Below, one piece after another: positions 9,007 to 17,709 of a stretch of DNA of 64,000 nucleotides (within the stretch, counting starts at the first letter, position 1; each line of letters opens with the position of its first letter). Location: positions 8,635 through 72,634 of the forward strand of contig JBKJUS010000165.1 of assembly GCA_046590575.1 (NCBI GenBank), given 5' to 3'. The translations under genes were made by a program, and so were the position numbers. This stretch comes from Mycobacteriales bacterium. GTDB lineage: Bacteria; Actinomycetota; Actinomycetes; BP-191. The notes beneath the pieces are model-generated. The model saw only the letters and a list, made by a program, of their open reading frames with translations, did not search any database and was not told where the DNA came from.

Positions 9007-11405
9007 TCGTCGCGGCCGCCCTGGTGCAGCCGCCCAGCAGCGCCGTGACCGCCAGCATCGTGGCGATGGTGCTGCTCGTTGCTGCGCTCGTGCTGTCCTC
9101 GGGTGCCCAGCTGATGCAGGACGGTTCCTCGTCGGGGGCGTTCGAGACGCGGCGGCTGCTTCGCGGTCTCGGTGGCCTGACAGTGCTGGCCGTGGCTCTC
9201 GGTGGGGTGAGTCAGGCTGGCTTCCTCTTCCCGGCGCAGCCGGCCGAGCGGGTCATCCCACCGAAGCGTCCGCAGGCGCAGCCACCGCTGTCCGACCGGG
9301 TGCTCTTCACAGTCGAGTCAGCCGATCCTGGACCCTGGCGATTCGGCGTCATCGACGTCTACGACGAGACCGCGTGGTTGCTCCCGCCGCTCGACCGTTC
9401 CCGGTTCGTCGCGGTGCCTGGGTCCGGCAGCCTCGCTGAAGCGGTCGCCGACCGCGCCGAGCGGCCGGACGACGGCCCCGCCGCGATTCCCGCGACGCCG
9501 ACGGGGACGCGCACGCTGACGTTCGAGGTCGGCGACCTGCCCGGTCGCGTGCTGCCGACGGTCGAGGGTCAGATCACCGTCCGCGAGGACAGCGTCGACC
9601 TGGAGCTCGACCCGCGCACCCAGACCCTCCGATCAGGAAAGGGGCGGGCCGCCCTCGGCGGCAGCTACACCGTCACCGCCGCGATCCCGCCCTCGGCGAC
9701 GGACCTCGCTGCGATCTCGGCCGACCTTCCTCGCTCGCTCGATCCGTTCCTCGCGGCACCTGAGCCGCCGTCCGACGTCAGCGCGCTCCTGGCCGCAGCG
9801 CCCCAGGCGCCGTTCGAACGACTGCAGTTCGTCCGTAACGCGCTCTACGCCAAGGTCGTCGCCGCGGGGGAGGGCACTCCCATCGACGTCCCGCCCGCGC
9901 GCGTGGCGGAGCTGCTCAGCGGCGCCGAGGCGACTCCGTACGAGATCACGGCCGCGGAGGCGCTGCTCACCCGCTGGGCCGGGGTGCCTTCGCGCATCGG
10001 CTTCGGGTTCTACTCGGGCACCAGAACCGCCGATGGTGGCGCCTTCGAGGTGCACCCGCGGGACGGGGCCACCTGGCTCGAGGCCTACTTCGAGGGACCG
10101 GGCTGGATCACGATCGTCGGTCGACCACCGAGGGCGAAGGCGAGCACCGACCTCAATCAGAAGAACCAGGACCCGCAGCTGCGAGCCAGCGAGGACCTCG
10201 CGCTCGTCGTGCGGGTGCCGGTCGAGCTGGCAAACCTGCGGCAGCTCTATGACGACATCCGTTTCTACCTGCTCGTCTCGTTGCCATGGGTGCTACTTGT
10301 TGTGCTCGGGATCGTCTTCTACCCCGCCGCCTTGAAGGTCGTACGACGATGGCGCCGTCGCCGGTGGGCTCGTGACCGCGGTCTGCCGGCGCGGGTGCTC
10401 GTCACGTATGCCGAGATGCGTGACCGGCTGCGAGACGTCAACGCGCCTGACCCCTCAGCCACGCCGTTGGAGTTCGTGTCCTCCGTCGACTTCGACGAGG
10501 AGCACTGGGAGCTTGCCTGGCTGACGACGCGGGCACTGTGGGGCGACCTACGGCGCGACCTGCGGCTCGAAGACGTCGAGGCGGCCGAGGACATGGCTCG
10601 ATCGGTGACCCAACGCGTGCTGCGCGCGCAGCGAAGCGTCCCGCGTGCCCTCGGGCAAGCGTCCCGAGTCTCCCTGCGCGACCCCTTCACTCGCGACGTT
10701 CCTAACGCGTGGCCATCCGGTGACCGCGCCCGACGCGTGCGTGCGCAGTCGCGCCGGGTCAGCCCCTTCCGCCTTGGTCGAGCTGTGCTCCCGGCCCTTC
10801 GGGCAATGACGCCCAGTCGTGTGCTGCGCATGCGTCGAGGTGCCCCAGGCAGCGCTGTGATGATCCTGCTGATCGTAGTGATGACCCTGGTCACCGGCTG
10901 CAGCGGCGGCTCGCCGGGGTCGGCCGCTCCGTCGCTGCCGGAGAACCTGGTGCCCGACGAGATCGGTGAGTTTCGGTTGCAGCGGGAGCCGACAGCGGAA
11001 GCGAAGTTCACCGAGGTCGGTGACGCCGCGCTCGTCACCGGGGGTCGCGTCTACACAGTCCGGCGGGACGGCGAAGTGCTCGGCTCACTGCAGGCGGCAA
11101 CCTTCAAGGACTCGGTGCGGGGCAACCTGAAGAAGGTGCAGAAGGGCTTGCGGGCCAGCATCGGCACGGGTGACTTCACGCTGCAGCGCATCGGCACCGA
11201 ACCGGTCTACGTCCTGCAGCAGAACGAGTTGAAGATCCTGCTGTGGTTCCCGCCTGGAGGCGGCTACTACGAGATGCTCGACGCCAGGCAGGGATTCGAC
11301 GAAGCCGAGCGGGTCTTCCTGGCGATCTTGAACTTCCAGCGCGGCCGTCCGGTCGGGCTCGACGCCGACACCGCTGTCGTCGACATCCGCCGTGGAGGCG
11401 ACTGA
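8991..11405 (+). CDS. Transglutaminase-like (catalytically degenerate) / DUF4129-like membrane protein with an in-frame C-terminal lipoprotein-like module
   Basis: Frame of track ORF 8631..11405; first plausible start is GTG 8991. TGase-core-like LLTRWAGVPSRIGFGFYSG...ATWLEAYFEGPGWITIV. A TM helix, then DUF4129-like TPLEFVSSVDFDEEHWELAWL. From 10806 there is a signal/lipobox-like MTPSRVLRMRRGAPGSAVMILLIVVMTLVTGCSGG. Confidence 0.6.
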   Translation: MPLPVVVAAALVQPPSSAVTASIVAMVLLVAALVLSSGAQLMQDGSSSGAFETRRLLRGLGGLTVLAVALGGVSQAGFLFPAQPAERVIPPKRPQAQPPLSDRVLFTVESADPGPWRFGVIDVYDETAWLLPPLDRSRFVAVPGSGSLAEAVADRAERPDDGPAAIPATPTGTRTLTFEVGDLPGRVLPTVEGQITVREDSVDLELDPRTQTLRSGKGRAALGGSYTVTAAIPPSATDLAAISADLPRSLDPFLAAPEPPSDVSALLAAAPQAPFERLQFVRNALYAKVVAAGEGTPIDVPPARVAELLSGAEATPYEITAAEALLTRWAGVPSRIGFGFYSGTRTADGGAFEVHPRDGATWLEAYFEGPGWITIVGRPPRAKASTDLNQKNQDPQLRASEDLALVVRVPVELANLRQLYDDIRFYLLVSLPWVLLVVLGIVFYPAALKVVRRWRRRRWARDRGLPARVLVTYAEMRDRLRDVNAPDPSATPLEFVSSVDFDEEHWELAWLTTRALWGDLRRDLRLEDVEAAEDMARSVTQRVLRAQRSVPRALGQASRVSLRDPFTRDVPNAWPSGDRARRVRAQSRRVSPFRLGRAVLPALRAMTPSRVLRMRRGAPGSAVMILLIVVMTLVTGCSGGSPGSAAPSLPENLVPDEIGEFRLQREPTAEAKFTEVGDAALVTGGRVYTVRRDGEVLGSLQAATFKDSVRGNLKKVQKGLRASIGTGDFTLQRIGTEPVYVLQQNELKILLWFPPGGGYYEMLDARQGFDEAERVFLAILNFQRGRPVGLDADTAVVDIRRGGD

Positions 11406-11406
11406 C

Positions 11407-12495
11407 ATGTCCCGTCTGACGCGCGCCGCTGCGGCGCTCGCTCTCGCTGCACTTGTCGGGTGCTCTCCGCCGACGTCGGTGTCGGTCGGCGTGAAGGACC
11501 TCTCGACCGACATCGAGTTCAGCCGCGCTGACGCCACTCCCGTTCCGGTAGTTGCGCCGCCTCCGGTCACCGGAGTCCCTGGCTTCCCGATCGCACCGCT
11601 GCCGCCCAACGTGGTGCAGCCGGGCGGACCGGTCGTGGTAGCGCTGCCGCCTGACCTGCCGCCGCCAGCCCCGCTGCCGAACACCTGCCCGAAGGCGAGC
11701 CCGCTGGTGGCGGCGAAGAACGCGAACACCCCGCGACCTGGCGCGCCGCCGGTCGCCGCGTCCTACCGCTATCGGCTCTCGGGGAGCTTCACGGTCACGG
11801 GTGCGCATCCGGCGAGCGGCGTCTACCCGGCGACGTCCGTGCGTGGGATCCGCGATGTTCAGGAGATCGCCGGTGGAGGTGGCTACGAGTTCTTCATCAG
11901 CGACGACATGGGGATGGACGTCGGCTACACCGTCATCCCGGAGCAGCGAGCGGCACCGCAGAACCCAGTGGGCGTGGGGGAGCAGCCAACTCCGGTTGAA
12001 GCCGGCATCTATGTGAACGGGTTCACCTACCGGCGGGCGGACGGCACCACGCTGAGTCTGCGGCCACAACCTTTCGTGATGATCGCCAAGCTGCCGCTCG
12101 CTCCCGGTGACAAGTGGCAGTCCAAGGGCGTCGACCCGGCCACTGGCGTCAGTGTCATCGTCAACGGCCAGACCGGGCTGGGGGAGGAGTTCTCCCCGAG
12201 CCGCGACCGGGTCGACGCGTGCGGCACGGTGCTCGACGCGACGTGGGTCGAATACACCGTGGACACCACGCCGTTGACGGGTGCGACGGCTGACGAAGAG
12301 CCGCCATCATCCATCGTTGGCGGCGGTCTCGGGATCCAGTTCGTCGGCACGCGACTCGCCTTCGCCAACCAGTACGGCGGACTGCCCATCCACGAAGTGG
12401 TGCGCCTGGTCGGGGTGGACGGTGCCGACACCGTCGACATCACCCGCGAGGCAGTCATCCTGTCGGAACCAGCGCTTGCCGCGGCGCCCTCGTGA
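11407..12495 (+). CDS. Lipoprotein with proline-rich linker, unknown function
   Basis: ATG 11407 lies 1 nt after the upstream TGA, with GGAGG 9 nt upstream. Signal plus lipobox MSRLTRAAAALALAALVGCS. A Pro-rich tract precedes a globular domain. Confidence 0.7.
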   Translation: MSRLTRAAAALALAALVGCSPPTSVSVGVKDLSTDIEFSRADATPVPVVAPPPVTGVPGFPIAPLPPNVVQPGGPVVVALPPDLPPPAPLPNTCPKASPLVAAKNANTPRPGAPPVAASYRYRLSGSFTVTGAHPASGVYPATSVRGIRDVQEIAGGGGYEFFISDDMGMDVGYTVIPEQRAAPQNPVGVGEQPTPVEAGIYVNGFTYRRADGTTLSLRPQPFVMIAKLPLAPGDKWQSKGVDPATGVSVIVNGQTGLGEEFSPSRDRVDACGTVLDATWVEYTVDTTPLTGATADEEPPSSIVGGGLGIQFVGTRLAFANQYGGLPIHEVVRLVGVDGADTVDITREAVILSEPALAAAPS

Positions 12496-14192
12496 GCAAG
12501 CTGCCTTCCACAGAGCGGAGACGTCGTCGCGTATGTGTGGTGACTCTCGTCATGATCACCGCGAGTGGATGCTTCGGCGGCGCGACATCTGATCCCGCAC
12601 CGATTCCCTCCTCGCTGCCGGGGGTGGCCGCTGGCGGTGAGCTGGTTGTCGGCATAGTCACTCCGGTTTCGATTGACCCCGCGCTGGTGACGCCCACCGA
12701 TGTCGGCGGCACCACCGTCGTGCGCACGATGTGCGACTCACTGCTATCGCTGGACCCGGCAGAGTCGGTTCTGCGGCCGTCGATCGTTGAGTCCTGGCGA
12801 GTGCTGGAGGGGGGCGAGCGGATCGCGTTGCGGCTGCGGGACGATGTCCGTTTCTCCAATGGCGATCGGTTGAGCGCGCAGGACGTTGCCGCGTCTCTTG
12901 CCCGCGTCGTCTCGCCGGACACTGTGTCGCCGGTGGCGAATCAGCTGGAGCGAATCCTCGGCTTCACCGCACTTCGCGAGCGCAAGGTTGAGCGGGACGA
13001 TCTCGCTGGGATCCAGGTCGTCAGCTCACGTGACCTCGAGCTGGTGATCTCCCCTCGGGACGCGCAGTACGTGAACCTGCTCGCGAGCACCCTCGCGGTG
13101 CCGGTCCCCCGCAAAGCGGCGGATGACGCAGCGTTCTCTGCGCGACCGATCTGCGCCGGGCCGTATGTTCTGACGGCTCCCTGGCAAACTGGCGAGCCGA
13201 CGATCATGCTCGAACGTTCGAGTCGGTACTTTTCCGGCAACACCGCCGTGACTCGCGGCGGTGCCGGCTGGGCCGACCGCATCATCTTCAAGCTCTACCC
13301 ATCTCGGGAGAAGGCAGAGGAGGCCTTCCGACGCGGCGACGTCGACGTCGCCCCGCTGGCCAACGACCGGCTCGCGGCGGCCGCCGCGATCCCGGGTGCA
13401 GCGATCGAGACGCGCCCTACCGGCACCCTGGAATACGTCGGACTGCCGACGACGACGGCGCCCTTTGACAACCCCGATGTACGCCGCGCGTTGAGCCAGG
13501 CGTTGGACCGCTCGCGGATCGCGAAAACGGTCTACGTGGGCGGCCGAGTGCCGGCCACGTCACTGCTGCCCACCAACCTGCCCGACCGGCTTGTCGACCA
13601 CGGGGTGTGTGCCGGAGCGGCGCCTGTCGACGGTGATCGCGAAGCCGCCCGTCGGTCTCTGGCCAAGTCCGGGGTGTCGCTGGAAGGCGTCACCGTGCCG
13701 CTCTACTTCAACGATGAGTTTCGCAACCGAGCCCTGATGATCGAGGTGGCCGCGCAGTGGCGGTCCGCTTTCGGACTGCGCACCCGTTTGGTGCCGCTTC
13801 CATTCGACAGTTACGTCGGACGAGGAACCGGCGGCACCGGCTTCGATGGACCCTTTCGGCTCGCCTTCGCTGCGCCGTACCTCGACGCGGGGGAGTTCTT
13901 CGGTCCACTGTTCTCGACCGACGCGATCGGGACCGACAACTTCAGTCGGTTCTCCAGTCCGCGGTTCGACCGGGATCTCCGCCGAGAAGCGCGTCAGGCC
14001 ATCGCCATCGAAGATCAACGGGCGGAGTACGCCGCGCTGCATCAGCTCTTGTGCACCCAGCTGCCGGTGATCCCGGTCGTGCTCGGCACGGCGAGTTACA
14101 TCGTGCGGTCCAGCGTCGTGGCCTCGGCGACGGGGCGGGTGGTCGACAGGGCAACGGCGACACCACTTCTCCGAGAGCTCTACCTCCGGTGA
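12492..14192 (+). CDS. ABC transporter substrate-binding lipoprotein, family 5 (Dpp/Opp/nickel type)
   Basis: GTGA overlap with the upstream stop. Lipobox ITASGCFGG. Family-5 SBP-like segment ERIALRLRDDVRFSNGDRLSAQDVAASLARV. About 560 aa. Confidence 0.75.
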   Translation: MSKLPSTERRRRRVCVVTLVMITASGCFGGATSDPAPIPSSLPGVAAGGELVVGIVTPVSIDPALVTPTDVGGTTVVRTMCDSLLSLDPAESVLRPSIVESWRVLEGGERIALRLRDDVRFSNGDRLSAQDVAASLARVVSPDTVSPVANQLERILGFTALRERKVERDDLAGIQVVSSRDLELVISPRDAQYVNLLASTLAVPVPRKAADDAAFSARPICAGPYVLTAPWQTGEPTIMLERSSRYFSGNTAVTRGGAGWADRIIFKLYPSREKAEEAFRRGDVDVAPLANDRLAAAAAIPGAAIETRPTGTLEYVGLPTTTAPFDNPDVRRALSQALDRSRIAKTVYVGGRVPATSLLPTNLPDRLVDHGVCAGAAPVDGDREAARRSLAKSGVSLEGVTVPLYFNDEFRNRALMIEVAAQWRSAFGLRTRLVPLPFDSYVGRGTGGTGFDGPFRLAFAAPYLDAGEFFGPLFSTDAIGTDNFSRFSSPRFDRDLRREARQAIAIEDQRAEYAALHQLLCTQLPVIPVVLGTASYIVRSSVVASATGRVVDRATATPLLRELYLR

Positions 14193-14782
14193 TGCTGACG
14201 CCAGCGCGCGCGAGCGTCCTCTGCGCTCTCCTCGGCCTGGTGAGCGTTGCCTGCGAGTCCGGTCGTCCGTCGTCGGCGACCCTGCTCGCGGACGTCGTAC
14301 TGACATCTATCGCCGATCCCGGCTTTGTGGATGAGGTTGCGGCGACCGGGCCCATGCCGCTCGACACGGCGGCCAAGGCCACGACGGTGCGAGCCGACGT
14401 GCTCGGTGACTATCTGGGAGAGCAGGGCTACGACGGGGGATTCGCCCGAGTCCTGACCCGCGGCGAGGAGTTCGTCACGCTGCTCGCCTATGACCTCGCC
14501 GATGAGGCGGGCGCAGAGGGACTGGTCGACCTCGTCCTCAGCGAGCTGACCGGGTCGCTGGCCTTTCGACCGTTCGACGATCCGGCGGTGCCAGGCAGCC
14601 GCGGATTCACCCTGACCAGCGATGTAGGCGGCAAGGTGCGGTTCTGCGTCGGTGAGTGGTTCGCGCATCGCTCACATGCCTACGCCGTCACCCGCTGCGC
14701 TCCCTTCGTCCTGTCCGTGCCGGCCGTCACGTCGATTGCGCTCGCCCAGTACCGTCGGGTCGTCGAGAAAGACCTCGCATGA
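14192..14782 (+). CDS. Small lipoprotein, unknown function
   Basis: Track ORF 13757..14782, trimmed to ATG 14192 (GTG 14189 is also possible), overlapping the upstream stop 14190-14192. Signal/lipobox MLTPARASVLCALLGLVSVACESG. Confidence 0.6.
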   Translation: MLTPARASVLCALLGLVSVACESGRPSSATLLADVVLTSIADPGFVDEVAATGPMPLDTAAKATTVRADVLGDYLGEQGYDGGFARVLTRGEEFVTLLAYDLADEAGAEGLVDLVLSELTGSLAFRPFDDPAVPGSRGFTLTSDVGGKVRFCVGEWFAHRSHAYAVTRCAPFVLSVPAVTSIALAQYRRVVEKDLA

Positions 14783-16590
14783 CGCGCTCCCGTCCCGCCG
14801 GCGACATCGCTCTGATGCACCGCACCGGGCGGCGCTCCTCCTATGACAAGGCTCCGGTTGTCGCGGTCGGTGACCGCATGGAGTGCGCGGTCGGCTGGGC
14901 AGAAATCGCCGGTCGGCTGACCTCGGGTGGCCCATCCACGATTGTCGTCGAGACCTACCCGGGCGTGCGCGAGGAGGATCTCGACGCTCTGGTCGCAGAG
15001 CTCGGCGCGAACCTGGTGATTCGCGCGGAGTCCGCCCTCCGCCCGTCCGCCGCGATCGACCAGTTGATTGCCGCCGACCTCACCGACGACCCGGTCTTCG
15101 GCAGGCTGAGCAGTCTCACCCTGCTCGACCTCTTCGATCCGAGCGCACTTGCGGACCTGCGAGCCAGCGCTCGGGTCGGCCAGGGCCGCGTTGTCGTGGT
15201 CGGCGTAGGTGCTTCGTTCATCGTCGACGACGCAGATGATGCTGGCGCGCAGGAGGGCACCACGGTCGTTGTGTACGCCGACCTGCCCCGCCGCGAGCTC
15301 ACCTTGCGCCAGCAGTCGGGAGCGATCGGCAACCTCGGCGCCGACAACGCGGGCGAGCGGGCGTCGGTGAAGTACAAGCGGGCGTTCTTCGTCGACTGGC
15401 GCCTCGCCGATCGGCACAAGCAGGCGCTGTGGCCGAGCGTGCGCTTCGTCCTCGACACCGTGCATGCCGACCAGCCCAAGATGGTCGCCGCCGCGGCGAT
15501 GTTCCGCGGCCTCGAGTTGACGACCACCCGGCCGTTTCGGGTCGTCCCGTGGTTCGAGCCGGCGCCGTGGGGCGGCGACTGGATGAAGGAGGTCTGTGAC
15601 CTCCCGCGCGACACGGTCAACTTCGGCTGGTGCTTCGACTGCGTGCCGGAAGAGAACTCCCTGCTGCTCGGCTTCGGCGACGCCGTCTTCGAGGTGCCAT
15701 CGGCGAACCTCGTCTTCCACTGTCCCGTGGACCTGCTCGGTGCCGATGTGGCAGACCGGTTCGAGGGTGAGTTCCCGATCCGCTTCGACTTCCTCGACAC
15801 CATGGGCGGCGGCAACCTCTCGCTGCAGGTGCATCCGCTGACCAGTTATATCCGGGAGCACTTCGGGCTCACCTTCACCCAGGATGAGTCCTACTACATG
15901 CTCGATGCCGACGAGGGCGCGGCGGTTTACCTGGGGCTGCGCACCGGTATCGACCGACACGCGATGGTGCAGGACCTTCGCTCTGCCCAGGAGGGCGGGC
16001 CGGCCTTCGACACCGACAGCTATGTCAACAAGTGGCCCGCTGCCCGGCATGACCACTTCCTCATCCCGGCCGGCACAGTGCACTGCTCGGGAGCAGGCGC
16101 CATGGTGCTGGAGATCAGCGCAACGCCGTACATCTTCACGTTCAAGCTGTGGGACTGGGATCGCCTCGGGTTGGACGGCCGGCCTCGCCCGGTGCACCTC
16201 GATCACGGGGCGAGCAACATCCAGTGGCAACGCGACACCGACTACGCGATCGCAAAGCTCATCAACCGCCTGACGCCGATCGGGGAGGGCGAAGGCTGGC
16301 GGGCCGAACGCACCGGGCTGCACGAGGCGGAGTTCATCGACACGCACCGGCACTGGTTCACCGGCATCGTGGATCACGACACGTCAGGCGGGGTGAACGT
16401 CCTCAACCTGGTCCAGGGCGACGAGGTCGTGATCGAGTCACCCGATGGTGCTTTCGCGCCGTTCGTCGTGCACTACGCCGAGACATTCATCGTGCCGGCG
16501 GCCGTCGGGCGCTACACGATCCGTCCGCACGGTTCGGCCGAGGGCACTGAGTGCGCGACGATCAAGGCCTTCGTCCGCTCTGCCGAGTAG
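14779..16590 (+). CDS. Class I mannose-6-phosphate isomerase-like (long PMI type I family) protein
   Basis: ATGA overlap with the upstream stop (14779-14782). Cupin metal motifs LSLQVHP...DESYYML and IPAGTVHCSGAGAMVLEISATP. Confidence 0.7.
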   Translation: MTRSRPAGDIALMHRTGRRSSYDKAPVVAVGDRMECAVGWAEIAGRLTSGGPSTIVVETYPGVREEDLDALVAELGANLVIRAESALRPSAAIDQLIAADLTDDPVFGRLSSLTLLDLFDPSALADLRASARVGQGRVVVVGVGASFIVDDADDAGAQEGTTVVVYADLPRRELTLRQQSGAIGNLGADNAGERASVKYKRAFFVDWRLADRHKQALWPSVRFVLDTVHADQPKMVAAAAMFRGLELTTTRPFRVVPWFEPAPWGGDWMKEVCDLPRDTVNFGWCFDCVPEENSLLLGFGDAVFEVPSANLVFHCPVDLLGADVADRFEGEFPIRFDFLDTMGGGNLSLQVHPLTSYIREHFGLTFTQDESYYMLDADEGAAVYLGLRTGIDRHAMVQDLRSAQEGGPAFDTDSYVNKWPAARHDHFLIPAGTVHCSGAGAMVLEISATPYIFTFKLWDWDRLGLDGRPRPVHLDHGASNIQWQRDTDYAIAKLINRLTPIGEGEGWRAERTGLHEAEFIDTHRHWFTGIVDHDTSGGVNVLNLVQGDEVVIESPDGAFAPFVVHYAETFIVPAAVGRYTIRPHGSAEGTECATIKAFVRSAE

Positions 16591-16617
16591 CGCCCGGACC
16601 TAGGGGCGGCTACCTGC

Positions 16618-17709
16618 TCAGATGACGCGGAGGATCGACTCGGCCCACATCGCTCCAGCGGCTCGCTGACCGGCGGCGGCGAAGTGCCCGCCGCGGGAGA
16701 ACGGCGCACGGTGGACACCTATCTCGCGCAGGGTGTCGGTGTCTGGCCCCGGGCGGAAGCCGGGCTCCGACCAGAGGAGCTCAACGGCGTCGCGAACGTC
16801 TGTGCCCGCCTCGAACGGGCGAAGGTTCGTCGGGTGGTACGTCGACTTGGCCGGCAGCCACGGGCGGTCCAGTCCGGTGACCTCGGCCACCCCCTCGCGA
16901 AGAGTGCGCAGCCGCTCTCGGTAGACAGGACCCGGAGTCTCGTCATGAGCGTCGGACTCACCTTGCTGCCACAGCACCGCTCTGACGTCTCCGGCCAGCC
17001 GGACGGCGTCGCAGATGTTGCTGAAGAGCTGGCTGCCGCGCCGCCAGTGCTCGATCCGGGTGCCGCCGACGGCGACGTGCACGAAGCCGACCGGTATGCC
17101 GAGCTCGGCGAGGAGCGCATCGCCGACCGACGGCCAGATGCTGCCTTGAAATGGGGAGTGCGGGCCGTGGGGGAATCCGAGGTCAAGGTCGGCGAGCATC
17201 GCCATCAGCTCCCGCGTCGTCTCGGCGTCGACGCGATCCACAATGTGCGGCTGCGGGTCGTGCGCGATGCGCCAGCCGTCGTGCTCCGGAGAGGTCGCCG
17301 TCACCCGGCCGAGTGGATCGGCGACAGTGGTCACCTCCTCGTGACAGGAAGCGGCGTAGGACTGGCCGGCGACGACGAAGACCTCACCGATGGCGACCGG
17401 CTCCACTGACCCGGTCGCCACGACCACCCCGCCGGACAGCAGCCGCAGCTCCACCCGGAACCAGCCTCCCGAGGCGACCACCGCAGAGGCCCGGCAGACC
17501 TCGGCGACGGTCTCCAGAGTCGCGCCGACCCACTCGGTGCCGGTGCCGAACGACTCCGAGAGCGCCACGGTGCGGAGCTCGGCGGCGTCCACCCCCGCCG
17601 GCACCTCGGAGGCGTCGACGACGAGCCGCCCGGCGCCGAGGCCGGGCGACGTCGTACGACGCTGCAGGACCTGGAGCGGTCGGGGGTGCGTCAGGTGCAG
17701 CTCAGTCAT
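16618..17709 (-). CDS. SASA/DUF303-type carbohydrate (sialate O-acetyl-like) esterase
   Basis: VFVVAGQSYAAS (a variant of the GQSN motif) and VLWQQGESDAHD. ATGA overlap with the upstream gene at 17706-17709. No signal peptide. Confidence 0.6.
   Translation of the reverse strand: MTELHLTHPRPLQVLQRRTTSPGLGAGRLVVDASEVPAGVDAAELRTVALSESFGTGTEWVGATLETVAEVCRASAVVASGGWFRVELRLLSGGVVVATGSVEPVAIGEVFVVAGQSYAASCHEEVTTVADPLGRVTATSPEHDGWRIAHDPQPHIVDRVDAETTRELMAMLADLDLGFPHGPHSPFQGSIWPSVGDALLAELGIPVGFVHVAVGGTRIEHWRRGSQLFSNICDAVRLAGDVRAVLWQQGESDAHDETPGPVYRERLRTLREGVAEVTGLDRPWLPAKSTYHPTNLRPFEAGTDVRDAVELLWSEPGFRPGPDTDTLREIGVHRAPFSRGGHFAAAGQRAAGAMWAESILRVI

Noticed and set aside
10319-11038. 239-aa minus-strand ORF and other 100-300-aa antisense ORFs across the MoxR/TgpA region (for example 7927-8655 and 8591-9058)
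   Set aside because: They lie antisense to genes that are supported by family motifs. They are Arg/Ser/Thr/Pro-rich and lack plausible starts with an RBS.
14680-16377. 565-aa minus-strand ORF covering the PMI-like gene
   Set aside because: This is an antisense shadow typical of very GC-rich DNA. Its composition is dominated by Arg/Ala/Gly/Val/Pro and it has no recognisable motifs. The plus strand encodes clear PMI cupin motifs and is translationally coupled to its neighbours.
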